A stretch of 64,000 nucleotides of DNA from positions 64,001-128,000 of the IMG/VR virus record IMGVR_UViG_3300028805_000037; one strand, 5' to 3'. The position numbers were made by a program, and so were the translations under genes. Below the pieces are notes generated by a model. That model was not told where the DNA came from, searched no databases, and saw nothing but the letters and a program-made list of their open reading frames with translations. Below are positions 1 to 10,000 of this stretch, piece by piece. The stretch comes from a virus (taxonomy: Duplodnaviria; Caudoviricetes). Numbering within the stretch: position 1 is the stretch's first letter; the number at the start of each line of letters is the position of its first letter.

Positions 1-2469
1 AGTACCTGTTCTTACATCAACAGTGTATAAAATATTTGAAATCTCTTGTGTTAAATTTTTGTCTGCATAAACTTTAAAACTTGGATCTGGATATATTACA
101 TTTTGATTATTTAATTTAATTTTGTTTCCATATACTAAATATTTTTCTCCATTAGCTGGTTTTGTCCAACTATTAAATGTTACTTGATATGTATTTAATA
201 TATATTGATACGTATAACTTATAGGATCTGTAACTTCATCTGTGATATATTCATCATAATTTTTAAATATATAATCTTTTTCTATTACAGGTTCCTCTAA
301 CGATATTAAATAATATTCATTCCCTACTAATTGATAGATTGCATTTATATCTAAAGGAATTGCACCAAATTTTAAAGCATTACAAATATAATCTATTTTT
401 CTTAAACTAGTTTGATCTACAAGAGTTGTTTCATTATATTGGTATAATTTACCAGTTAACTTATCCAAATAAATTGCATCTGTAATTAAATCAGTTGTAT
501 CTATTTCCCAAGAGCCATTTACTAATATATATAAATTACTATTCATTGTATTAAAATACATCGCACCGTCTGATAATCCGTAAGCAACAGGCTCTGTATC
601 AGTTACTGTAACTAAATCATAATATGCATTTATTTGGTTCCTTACTTCATAATAGTGATCATTTATATTTAATAACTCATATTTATCATAAGTTTCAATA
701 CTTTTTTCTGTAAGACTAATTATAGTTAAAGGCTCTTCTTCTGTATAACTTTTCTTAAATAAAATATCTCTATATTGATCATTTACAGACTTTAATATAC
801 TTACATCATTAAGCGATGAAAACATATCTGCTGTAATTGTTCCTGCTTGTAACACTTCATAAAAGTTATTATTATATAGGATGATATCTCCTATATCATA
901 ACTTACACTATTGTCATATAATTTAATTTCAGGTAAATTAAGACCTGTTCCTTCTATATTAAAATATGTATTATAAGCTGTTAAATACTCAGCATCAGAC
1001 AATGACTCAAATGTTGCTGTTCCTTCTGATAAAGCATTAACTACTTGTCTAATTCCTAATTGTGTTCCTCCATTCATAGCTGCTTGCCACAATCCAGCAG
1101 TACCATTATCTTGATTTCCTAAAACACAGTTTCTATAATTAATATTACCCATCCACGCAGGTTGTCTGAAATCAAAATATGAGGCAAAATTTTTATAAAC
1201 AAAATTATCACTGACATCTTCTACATAAAGATTTCCTTTTGACTCACGTAAATCAATTTGTATTTTATTAAATATTTTACCAAATGTACTTGCAAAAATT
1301 AAATGGTTGTATGTTTTAAATGTAATCTCATTTATTTTTTCTTCGGAACCTTCTTCTAATATATAAGTTTGTAATACTTTACTGTTATAAATATAAGGCA
1401 CTCTAAAATAAACGTATCCTACTGAACTAAAATCAACTGAAATAATGTTATGTTCTTGTGGTGTACCTTCAAATGTTATTCCAAAATCTTCTAAATTAAC
1501 TTCTTCAGAATCATATTGCCAATAATCATATATACTATTCCAATAAAAATCATACACACCTGATCCACTTACTTTATCACTAAATACAAATTTATTGATA
1601 GATAAATTTTTTAAATTATCAAAACTATCATTTTCGTAAATATCTGCAGTTATAGATTTACTGGAAAGATTTGAAGCAATTGCTTTACCATCCATATAAA
1701 GAGTATATTTTTTTGGAGTTATATCGTCTAATGTAGTAACATATAAATAATTACAATTAACTTTTGATGGTATATTTTTTGGCACCAATGGAACTTGTGT
1801 ATATTCTGTATATACATATCCTGGTTGTATATTTTTATTCGGATTTAAATTTCCAGACTCAATTGAAACTTCACTCGTTAAATACATACTTGGCAAATCA
1901 CCTGGAACCATTTGTTGTGAATATACATAACCTCTATCTCTATATGGTACTATATTTCTATCAGTATCAATGTTACCTAACTGTTTATATAAATCAATTA
2001 TAGACCAGTATGTTTGTGTTAGTTGATCTGTATACAAATATTTAACTTGTGTGTATGAGTTATCAATTAACATATCAGCTGTCCAATTAGAAAGGAAGCT
2101 AAAGAAATTTGCATTATTTAATGCTGCAACTGCATAATAATATTGCGTAGTTAATTCATTATCTGTTAAATAATCAATATAACAAGTCTGTGTATTTTCA
2201 TTTTCATCTTTATTTAGAACCATTGCAATTAAAGTTGCATCATTATGCCCAATCGTAGTTGACCTATATACATAATAGCCTTTCATATCTGTAAGAGACG
2301 AATTTTTCCAACTTATTATATTATAATTTCTTTCATGTAAAACATATAAATCTTTTGGGATACCTATATTAGCACTTGGTAATTTTGCACCATAAAGCCA
2401 AGTATCCCCATAAAGTATAAGTGGATCTAAATTTCTATAGTAAGATATATCTTCAAAATGATTTGTCAT
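1..2469 (-). CDS. Baseplate wedge / tail-fibre attachment protein (gp7/gpI-like), 3' end outside window
   Basis: Absent from the ORF track because it runs off the edge. ATG at 2469 (MTNHFEDISYYRNLDPLILYG...), same frame open at the start, middle and position 1 where spot-checked. Contains NFASYFDFRQP...NYRNCVLG...AMNGGTQLGIRQVV, typical of wedge proteins downstream of baseplate J. Confidence 0.65.
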   Translation of the reverse strand, partial: MTNHFEDISYYRNLDPLILYGDTWLYGAKLPSANIGIPKDLYVLHERNYNIISWKNSSLTDMKGYYVYRSTTIGHNDATLIAMVLNKDENENTQTCYIDYLTDNELTTQYYYAVAALNNANFFSFLSNWTADMLIDNSYTQVKYLYTDQLTQTYWSIIDLYKQLGNIDTDRNIVPYRDRGYVYSQQMVPGDLPSMYLTSEVSIESGNLNPNKNIQPGYVYTEYTQVPLVPKNIPSKVNCNYLYVTTLDDITPKKYTLYMDGKAIASNLSSKSITADIYENDSFDNLKNLSINKFVFSDKVSGSGVYDFYWNSIYDYWQYDSEEVNLEDFGITFEGTPQEHNIISVDFSSVGYVYFRVPYIYNSKVLQTYILEEGSEEKINEITFKTYNHLIFASTFGKIFNKIQIDLRESKGNLYVEDVSDNFVYKNFASYFDFRQPAWMGNINYRNCVLGNQDNGTAGLWQAAMNGGTQLGIRQVVNALSEGTATFESLSDAEYLTAYNTYFNIEGTGLNLPEIKLYDNSVSYDIGDIILYNNNFYEVLQAGTITADMFSSLNDVSILKSVNDQYRDILFKKSYTEEEPLTIISLTEKSIETYDKYELLNINDHYYEVRNQINAYYDLVTVTDTEPVAYGLSDGAMYFNTMNSNLYILVNGSWEIDTTDLITDAIYLDKLTGKLYQYNETTLVDQTSLRKIDYICNALKFGAIPLDINAIYQLVGNEYYLISLEEPVIEKDYIFKNYDEYITDEVTDPISYTYQYILNTYQVTFNSWTKPANGEKYLVYGNKIKLNNQNVIYPDPSFKVYADKNLTQEISNILYTVDVRTGT

Positions 2470-2478
2470 TTTTTAATC

Positions 2479-3774
2479 CTATGTTTTAATTATAAACATC
2501 ATTTGAATTGCAGGTGGTTGAACTGTTTCAGATTTACCATATACATCATTTCTAAAAGTATCTACATCATTTACTTTATGTAATTCACCTTTTGAGGCAT
2601 CAAATCTAAATTCAACTGAAGAACCACCACCATCTGCCGAGCCACGATTATTTAAATTACCAGCATTATATATTGCTCCGCTTCCTGTCCAAGCATTACT
2701 ATCTTCTCTCCAGCTACCTTTAATATTTGGTAATCCAGCTTCTATATCTGTTCCAACATTTGAAGAATCGCCACCCCAAAATGTTTTACCTCTAAAATCT
2801 GGAACTTTAAATACAGAACCACTTCCACCGTATCTATATCCAATTACATTAAATAATTTTATATATTCATTTGTGTTATAACTTGTACCGTCACAAAGCA
2901 GCCATCCTGCAGGTGCAACTGCTCCTGCAAAAGGAACAACTACTCCTGTTAAATTTACAATAATTGGAACTTGCATTACGCCACCACTATATACAATAGA
3001 TGAATTATCAATATTTGTTTGTAATATAGAATTAGCTACGCCACCAGCAGTCGTACGTTTTAAACCATTTCCAATCATACTACTATTAAATTTTTCAGCA
3101 GTTATAGTCTCGGTTCTAATTTTATCATTTGTAACTGCAGAATTAATTATCTTAACATTTGTTACAGCATTATTTGCAATCTTACTTTCTATAATTGCAC
3201 CATTTTCTATACCAGCTGTTGGTATTAAACTGCCGTTAGTATTTCCTGTATGATTATGTGCAGATACATCAATACCATCAACTAAATTAACGTTAACTAT
3301 ACTTCTATAAGGATTTTCAGATGTACCTTCTCCCATCTTTAAATCACCTATCATAAAATTACTACCGTCAGTATAAACTGTATTTGCGTCCATATCAGTT
3401 ACAACTTTCTGTATATCTTTAACATCCTCTACCCAAACTATACTCCCGCCACCTTTATAATGACAATATAAATTTTTACCTATAGGACTATAACCATTAT
3501 CAAATGTAATAACTGCGCTTGTTGCATTAACCGTATATTCAGAAATTTCAATTGCAGTTTCACCTGACATATAATATACACGTAAATCTGATGTATCTTC
3601 ATTATAAATACATTCATTTAATACATAACAATATTGTGTTTCTGAAATTGGTATGTATCTATCATTTAATAAAGGTTCATCTAATTCAGCATAATCTGGA
3701 TCGGAACGTTTATTTACGATATCTCTTCTAAAAGAACCTAATGAAACAAACTTATTTGCCATCATTTCCTCCAA
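2479..3774 (-). CDS. Tail fibre protein with tail-collar domain (likely start MANKF at 3762)
   Basis: Collar motif GVVVPFAGAVAPAGWLLCDG...F.VPD.RG; AVTxxKI decapeptide repeats; C-terminal GLPNIKG...FDAS...VYGKSETVQPPA. Confidence 0.9.
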   Translation of the reverse strand: MEEMMANKFVSLGSFRRDIVNKRSDPDYAELDEPLLNDRYIPISETQYCYVLNECIYNEDTSDLRVYYMSGETAIEISEYTVNATSAVITFDNGYSPIGKNLYCHYKGGGSIVWVEDVKDIQKVVTDMDANTVYTDGSNFMIGDLKMGEGTSENPYRSIVNVNLVDGIDVSAHNHTGNTNGSLIPTAGIENGAIIESKIANNAVTNVKIINSAVTNDKIRTETITAEKFNSSMIGNGLKRTTAGGVANSILQTNIDNSSIVYSGGVMQVPIIVNLTGVVVPFAGAVAPAGWLLCDGTSYNTNEYIKLFNVIGYRYGGSGSVFKVPDFRGKTFWGGDSSNVGTDIEAGLPNIKGSWREDSNAWTGSGAIYNAGNLNNRGSADGGGSSVEFRFDASKGELHKVNDVDTFRNDVYGKSETVQPPAIQMMFIIKT

Positions 3775-3784
3775 TAACTTTTAC

Positions 3785-5257
3785 TTAAATTGTTATAGAC
3801 AAATTACCTAATGTGATATATTGTGTTTTATTAACTGTTATAATATCGTTAACAGCTGGTTGTGTATCTGACGTTTTCTTAAAATAAGTTAGAGGTAATA
3901 CAACACGCTCTACACCGTCTATATAACATAGATTTACTATATCTGATTGCTCAATACTTTCGCCAACTTTTAATGTAGATATATAAGAACTAATAACTGT
4001 TATTAATTTATTAACAATATTATTTTTTTCGTCTGCATCTGTAGTTGTACTAACTACTTGTAAGAATATATCAATAGGAATATTTTGTGCTTCTTTTACT
4101 AAAATATTTGCTCCTGTATTGTATTGTTCCTGAGATAAAAAATTAGCTACGTCTGTAATTAATTTATTATAACTATACTGTAATCCATGTGTTCCTGCAG
4201 GAACAGTTTCAGAAAATATAATTTTATCTAATGATTTTTGAGAACCTGAATAAATACTTGATTGATCAGGTACTGCAATAGCTGTGATATCTGTATCTGT
4301 TAAAGCAGCTGTACCTGCTACAATTGGTCTAGGCATATTTCCTGTAAGCTCAATACTTGTTGTAGGTGCATTAAATACTATCTCATCATTTTTATATTGT
4401 GCTATTGTTGAACCTTTTAAATAAATATCATAACATCCACCTTCACTTCTTACAGGTGCCATTAAATCGTCACCAGCAGTTATAACTTCTACAGAAGTAG
4501 CTGCTGGAAAATTTTGTAAAATTAAACTCTTTATTCCATTAACTGTTCCGATATTTATACCAGATACCTCGTACTTCATACGTGCAATAAAATTAGCATT
4601 TGTTTCTGTATCTGTTCCATTAGATATTTCAGTTTTATTTGTAACATTTGGGAACCCTGTAACTGTTGAAATACAAATTGAAATATCACCTATAACTGTA
4701 TTTCCAATAGTTCCTGTAACAACAGCTTGAACAGGAACATCTAACATATAACCATTTGTTCCAAAAGTTGAATCATAATAAGCATTACTAAACGTAACCT
4801 CTTGAGTCGTTTGGTATTGTATACCTTTTGAAGCAGATGCTACTACAGTACCTAACGGAATTACTGTGCTTTCTTCGTCAGCTCCTACTGGATCAGGTCT
4901 CCAAAAATTTACTATACCTGTAGCAACTGTTGCTTGTTTTCTTGATTTACCATAATTTGCTGCTAATTTTTCAACAGATTCAGATATATATGAAATAACA
5001 GTATCTGTATCTGTATTTAAAGCGTCTGCAATTTTTTGTAATTGAGATGGAGAATTTAATAATTCTCCACAAGAATCAAAACTTTGAAGAGCATTAATGT
5101 ATTGTAAAAGTATCTCAACTTTAGCTACTTGTGTTGCACAAGGAATCAGAAATAAATCTTCTACAGCTGACCTAGGTGTAGTATTTACGTTTCTGTTTTC
5201 TAAAATTGTATTTTTTAATTCTGTATACGCCTTTGTAATATCAATAGCCATATGCAC
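3785..5257 (-). CDS. Baseplate J-like wedge protein
   Basis: A..YG..RKQATVATG.V.F, IPLGTVV, VPVQAV.TG..GN, NGTDTET...F..R motifs; synteny. Confidence 0.9.
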   Translation of the reverse strand: MHMAIDITKAYTELKNTILENRNVNTTPRSAVEDLFLIPCATQVAKVEILLQYINALQSFDSCGELLNSPSQLQKIADALNTDTDTVISYISESVEKLAANYGKSRKQATVATGIVNFWRPDPVGADEESTVIPLGTVVASASKGIQYQTTQEVTFSNAYYDSTFGTNGYMLDVPVQAVVTGTIGNTVIGDISICISTVTGFPNVTNKTEISNGTDTETNANFIARMKYEVSGINIGTVNGIKSLILQNFPAATSVEVITAGDDLMAPVRSEGGCYDIYLKGSTIAQYKNDEIVFNAPTTSIELTGNMPRPIVAGTAALTDTDITAIAVPDQSSIYSGSQKSLDKIIFSETVPAGTHGLQYSYNKLITDVANFLSQEQYNTGANILVKEAQNIPIDIFLQVVSTTTDADEKNNIVNKLITVISSYISTLKVGESIEQSDIVNLCYIDGVERVVLPLTYFKKTSDTQPAVNDIITVNKTQYITLGNLSITI

Positions 5258-5259
5258 TC

Positions 5260-5694
5260 CTATATAGTAACTTTTACTATTTGACCAGCTGCAGTAACTA
5301 CATCCATAGATACACTAACAGCTTTATTTACTTTTTCTACAGTTTCTGTGTCTATTACAATATTGTTTAATCCTGTAATTTGTTCACTTGAACTCGGTGA
5401 TTCTTCTAATGCTCTTATATAAGCAATAGCTCCTACTATAGTTTCTTGTACTGCACTTTCTACTAAACTATTTCCAATTGGATTTTTTCTAATAACATTT
5501 AATGTAGTACCATAATTTGGAAAATAATCAGAACTGTATTGATCCGTTTTTAATACTTTCGCAACTTCCTGAGCAACATAGTCTGAATTATAAACTAAAT
5601 CAATATCATTATTTGATAAAAATTCAATGTCATTATAAGTTTGAACATTAAATATATTATTTTTTGTATTAATATTTATAAATTTTATATCCAT
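5260..5694 (-). CDS. Baseplate wedge gp25/GPW-like protein
   Basis: Q.VAKVL.T...S.YFPNYGT.L motif; immediately upstream of baseplate J. Confidence 0.75.
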   Translation of the reverse strand: MDIKFININTKNNIFNVQTYNDIEFLSNNDIDLVYNSDYVAQEVAKVLKTDQYSSDYFPNYGTTLNVIRKNPIGNSLVESAVQETIVGAIAYIRALEESPSSSEQITGLNNIVIDTETVEKVNKAVSVSMDVVTAAGQIVKVTI

Positions 5695-5717
5695 AAAAAC
5701 CTCTAAAAAAAGTATAA

Positions 5718-5736
5718 TATGATAGTTCTGTCAAGG
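5718..5736 (-). promoter_or_regulatory. Conserved upstream element, copy 1 (CCTTGACA-GAAC-TATCATA)
   Basis: One of 8 intergenic, same-orientation copies. Confidence 0.75.
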
Positions 5737-5739
5737 GCA

Positions 5740-6297
5740 TTATTTAACTAAATCGTTTGCTTGTTTAGTTGTTACAACTGTAGTAGTTGTAGTTTCACCT
5801 TTACTTACTTTCTTTGTTATTAATTTTTGTGCACCTGTAGTAATAGTATTTAAAGCACTTGTAGCTTGTTTAACAACATAATTTTTAGCTTTTTGTGCAT
5901 ACTCTTCAGCTTGTTTATTTAATTCATCTAATCTTTTTTCTAATTTTTGTTGCCATCCTTCCAGTGTATCTATAGTATCTTCTAAATCAGTAATTCTATC
6001 TTCCATTTTATTTTTTAAATTTTGTAAACTAACTGTCTTAGCAGTACTTGCAGCTTCAGTACCGCTACTAGTAGATTTACCAAATAAACTTTTTGGTAAC
6101 GGTAATTGATCAGGTAGTGTTTGTACTTGACTTTTAGCATCATTCACCATTTGTCTAGCATCTGCTAATTTAGATGTAGCGTTATTATAAGCAACTTTAT
6201 AACTAGTCAATGTAGCTTTATAAGTAGTTACTTGAGTTTTTATTAATGTAATTGTATTTTGTATATCTGAAATTCCCATACTATTTAAATCTAACAT
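5740..6297 (-). CDS. Coiled-coil hypothetical protein (baseplate region)
   Basis: 185-aa ORF with heptad pattern, between spike and gp25-like gene. Confidence 0.6.
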   Translation of the reverse strand: MLDLNSMGISDIQNTITLIKTQVTTYKATLTSYKVAYNNATSKLADARQMVNDAKSQVQTLPDQLPLPKSLFGKSTSSGTEAASTAKTVSLQNLKNKMEDRITDLEDTIDTLEGWQQKLEKRLDELNKQAEEYAQKAKNYVVKQATSALNTITTGAQKLITKKVSKGETTTTTVVTTKQANDLVK

Positions 6298-6299
6298 TA

Positions 6300-7082
6300 T
6301 TACTCCTTAACTAATAATGTATTTTGTGCTGGAGTTGTAACTGCAACTGTATTTCCTGTACCTGTACCTGTATTAACTTGTACAGAATGCTGATGCTGAT
6401 TCAACCATTGTAATAATGATTGACCTTTAACTGTATTTTCTCCACCAACAATAACATTTTTAGAATCTACATTAACAGTACTTTTTCCACTTACATTAAC
6501 TTCTTTTGCGTTCAAATTAATTGTATTACCGGTAGAAATTGTTATTTTATCATCACTAATTGTAATAGTAGTATTTCCTTTAGAAACTGTTAATTGATGT
6601 GAGTCTTGTTCTTGTTTAATAATAAACCCATCTGTACCTGTAATCTCTAAAGAATCATAATCGATTGTCATTTTGCTTCCATCACAATTCAATTGTATTG
6701 ATTGAGAACCTGAAGTTAATGATGCGACCATAGACTGTAGTAAAAGTGTAGATACTCCAGAAGAAAATAACTGATCTCCTTCTTCTGTTAATGTTGTAGA
6801 AAGTGATTCCTTTTCACTACCTTCAACATCTCCTTCAATTGTTGATGCAAAATATTTAATAGGTAAAACCATATCCTGTCTATTTGGTATTGATGAAATA
6901 ACCGCAAACAATAAATAATAACCAACTTTAGGTATCTCTTGATGAGCTAGTGTATCTGGATAATAAATATTTTGATAATTCTCACTTGTTAAATTTCCAG
7001 ACGTTAAATCAACAATATTCATTTTTTTGCTTTGTGCATCAACAGAAGTAATTAATCCTAATTTTAATCCGATTCTATACAT
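6300..7082 (-). CDS. Baseplate central spike (gpV/gp5-like)
   Basis: OB-fold-like N-terminus, beta-helix-like repeats, C-terminal WLNQHQH metal-binding motif. Confidence 0.8.
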   Translation of the reverse strand: MYRIGLKLGLITSVDAQSKKMNIVDLTSGNLTSENYQNIYYPDTLAHQEIPKVGYYLLFAVISSIPNRQDMVLPIKYFASTIEGDVEGSEKESLSTTLTEEGDQLFSSGVSTLLLQSMVASLTSGSQSIQLNCDGSKMTIDYDSLEITGTDGFIIKQEQDSHQLTVSKGNTTITISDDKITISTGNTINLNAKEVNVSGKSTVNVDSKNVIVGGENTVKGQSLLQWLNQHQHSVQVNTGTGTGNTVAVTTPAQNTLLVKE

Positions 7083-7098
7083 TATAAAGCCTCAACTG

Positions 7099-10000
7099 TT
7101 AAATAATTGTTATTTCTATAATAGGGCATCCTGCATTTACTATTAAATTCCCTAATTCTTCAGTATATTTACTATTAGCTGTAAATGTTCCATGTATGTC
7201 ACCACTAAAATCACCTACTAAAATACAGCCGTCTGTATGTTGCACACTAGATCCTGTATGTATTCTTATATCTGTAAAAAACGGAACATTTAAAAGTTCT
7301 GGATAATTTCCTCCAAATTTAGGTGACCAAGACACACGTGTTAAATATATGCCATTTGGTATAGCGGTTTCATTATCAATTTTTATATTTGTTAAATCTT
7401 GTCCTCTATAAGTATCCTCTAATGTATAACAAAAAGGTTTCTCTGTAACAGTATTTATATATAACTTGCCGATAGTTCTTGAACTATCTAAAAGATATCT
7501 ATGAAGAATAATTTTTAATGGTCTAGCTGAAGAATTATACTTATCTAATACATATTTATTAGGATCTAAATTAACATCTGGTAACTGTAATTTTTGTATT
7601 TTATATGGATACCAATCTTTCGAATTTAATTTCATATAAGAATTATCTGCATTATAAAGATTTACTTGTATTTGTTCTTTTAGTTCAACACTCTTAATAA
7701 ATTCTGACTTTTCAGAGTTTAAAGTTATATTTTTTGTATAAGAACTACTTCTATCATTTGAAACAACATTAATACCTCCTGCATTTGTTACTGTAACAGC
7801 ACCGCCATCAAGTCTACAAACTAAAGCACTGCTATTCTTATATTCTACATTATAAGTTCCGTTATCATTTATATAAGTTTTATCTTGTATATATAAATAT
7901 CCTTTTTCAAAATCATCTATTTTATAAGCCACATCAACAACATTATTTTTAAACTTATCTATAATTTGTTTTTGTGTATCATTATTAATCGTAATATCTT
8001 TTTGTAAGTTTATTATTAAAGATGTATTGTAAACACATGGTACTTTCCTAAACACTCCTTCTCCTGATTTAATTAAACTTCCCCAAGATACTATATTATT
8101 TATTTTTAAATTTAATTCTTTATCAAGTCTTTCATTGCAAAAAAGAAACGAGCCAAATTGATTACCATTTATCGACTCAATTAAGTTATATATAGTTACA
8201 TTATATAAATTTTCAAAATCACTATTATTCCAAACATACAGTACTGATGGATCAAAAACAGCTTTAAAATCATTTACTGTTGATACTCTACCGTCTGTAT
8301 ATTTATCAATCCCTACATATAAACCACCTTTATTATAAATTTGTTGAATAGTAGGAATTTTATCTTCTGGAATTTCATTATATCCTACACGAATTACACA
8401 AGGTAAAAATTTATTATCACACTTTCCTGTATTAATAAATTGATTTATTTCACTTTCAGTTGTTATATAATGTTTTTCTAATATTGTAACATCGTAACCA
8501 TATAAATCTTTTACTTTTTCATAATCAAATTTTATTACTGGATAATAATATAGTAAACCTGTTTTTGAATATAATGTTACATCTAAAATTAATTTTGTAA
8601 ACTCACCTAATATTTCACCCATTGAATTTCTTAAAGACATATCTTTCAGTTTTACTTGATTATTTTTTCCAATATTAGGCGTTATAATAGTTTCATTAAA
8701 TTCAATTAAATCTGTTTTATAATTTATAGGGCTTACACCAGCAATATAAGCCCCACGGTTATACAATGATTGTACTAATGGAAATTGTTCACTATCTTTA
8801 TATACATAAGCTGGTACACCTACATTAATTGTTTCATTATGATATAAATCTTTAAAAAGGTTAAATAATTTTTTATACCATGTAAAATATATTCCTGGAG
8901 TTGAATTAGAAAATAATTTTTTAAATTTATTAATTAATATATTTCCTTCTTTCTCATTTACATATTCTAAAAGTATTGAAACGTCTTTACCAGCATAATC
9001 ATAGGCTAATTCGAATTCATAATAAGCAAATTTACTATTACAAAATTTATTATATTTATTAACCATATTAGTTAATCTATCATAATGATCAAAATATTGA
9101 TACTCAGTATTTTTTTTCTGCTCAATATACCAAACTTTATATGACTGTGTATACCTATCATTTTTTAAATATCTATTATATGCTTGTAAAATCTCATTCA
9201 TTATAATCTGAAAATCTTTTAAGTCACCTGCTGCAAATCCAGAAAGTATATTAGGTACTATAGAGTCTGTAACAAAAAACTTATTATTTACAGTAGCATA
9301 CGGTGCTGATAAATTTGAAATATTAATATCTGTAATATAATCTAAAGAATTGTATTTACCTCCAAAAGTAGCATCTTTATTTAAATATTCTAAAAATTTT
9401 TGTTCATTTGCTTTAGTACGTATTTCTCTAGAATAGTAAGCAGTAGCATTTAAGTCGTGAGTTTTTGAACTATTTGTTCGCATCAACAGATCTGTAAACC
9501 ATATAGCATTTATTAATTGTTGTTTAGGTGTAAATGCACTAGATAAAATATCTTCATAACTTTTAAAATCTTTAACTCTAATATTTGTCGGCGCCATTGT
9601 TTTATATAAAGATCTTGTTTCATTTGTGCTAACATAGCTATTTCTATTTATATATGTATCAAATTTATTTTTATTTGGTGCTTCAAAACTAGCCCAATAA
9701 TATCTATTATTTGCACATAAATTATTTACTTTATCTTCTATACGTTTTTGTTGTTTTTCTGTAAGCATATTAGGAGTAATACTTGACTGGTACATACTTA
9801 ACTCTGGAAGTCTTTTAAAATTTAAAATATATGCTCCTGATTTTTGTATATCAGCTAAATTATTACGTCCTCTCATATTATCTATTAACTCAGCAACACG
9901 CATATATTTAAATGTTAATCTATGTATATCTACATTTCCAGGAGAAATAGTTGTAGAAATTGTAGTTAAATATCCTACAAATCCTGTAGATAATATATTA

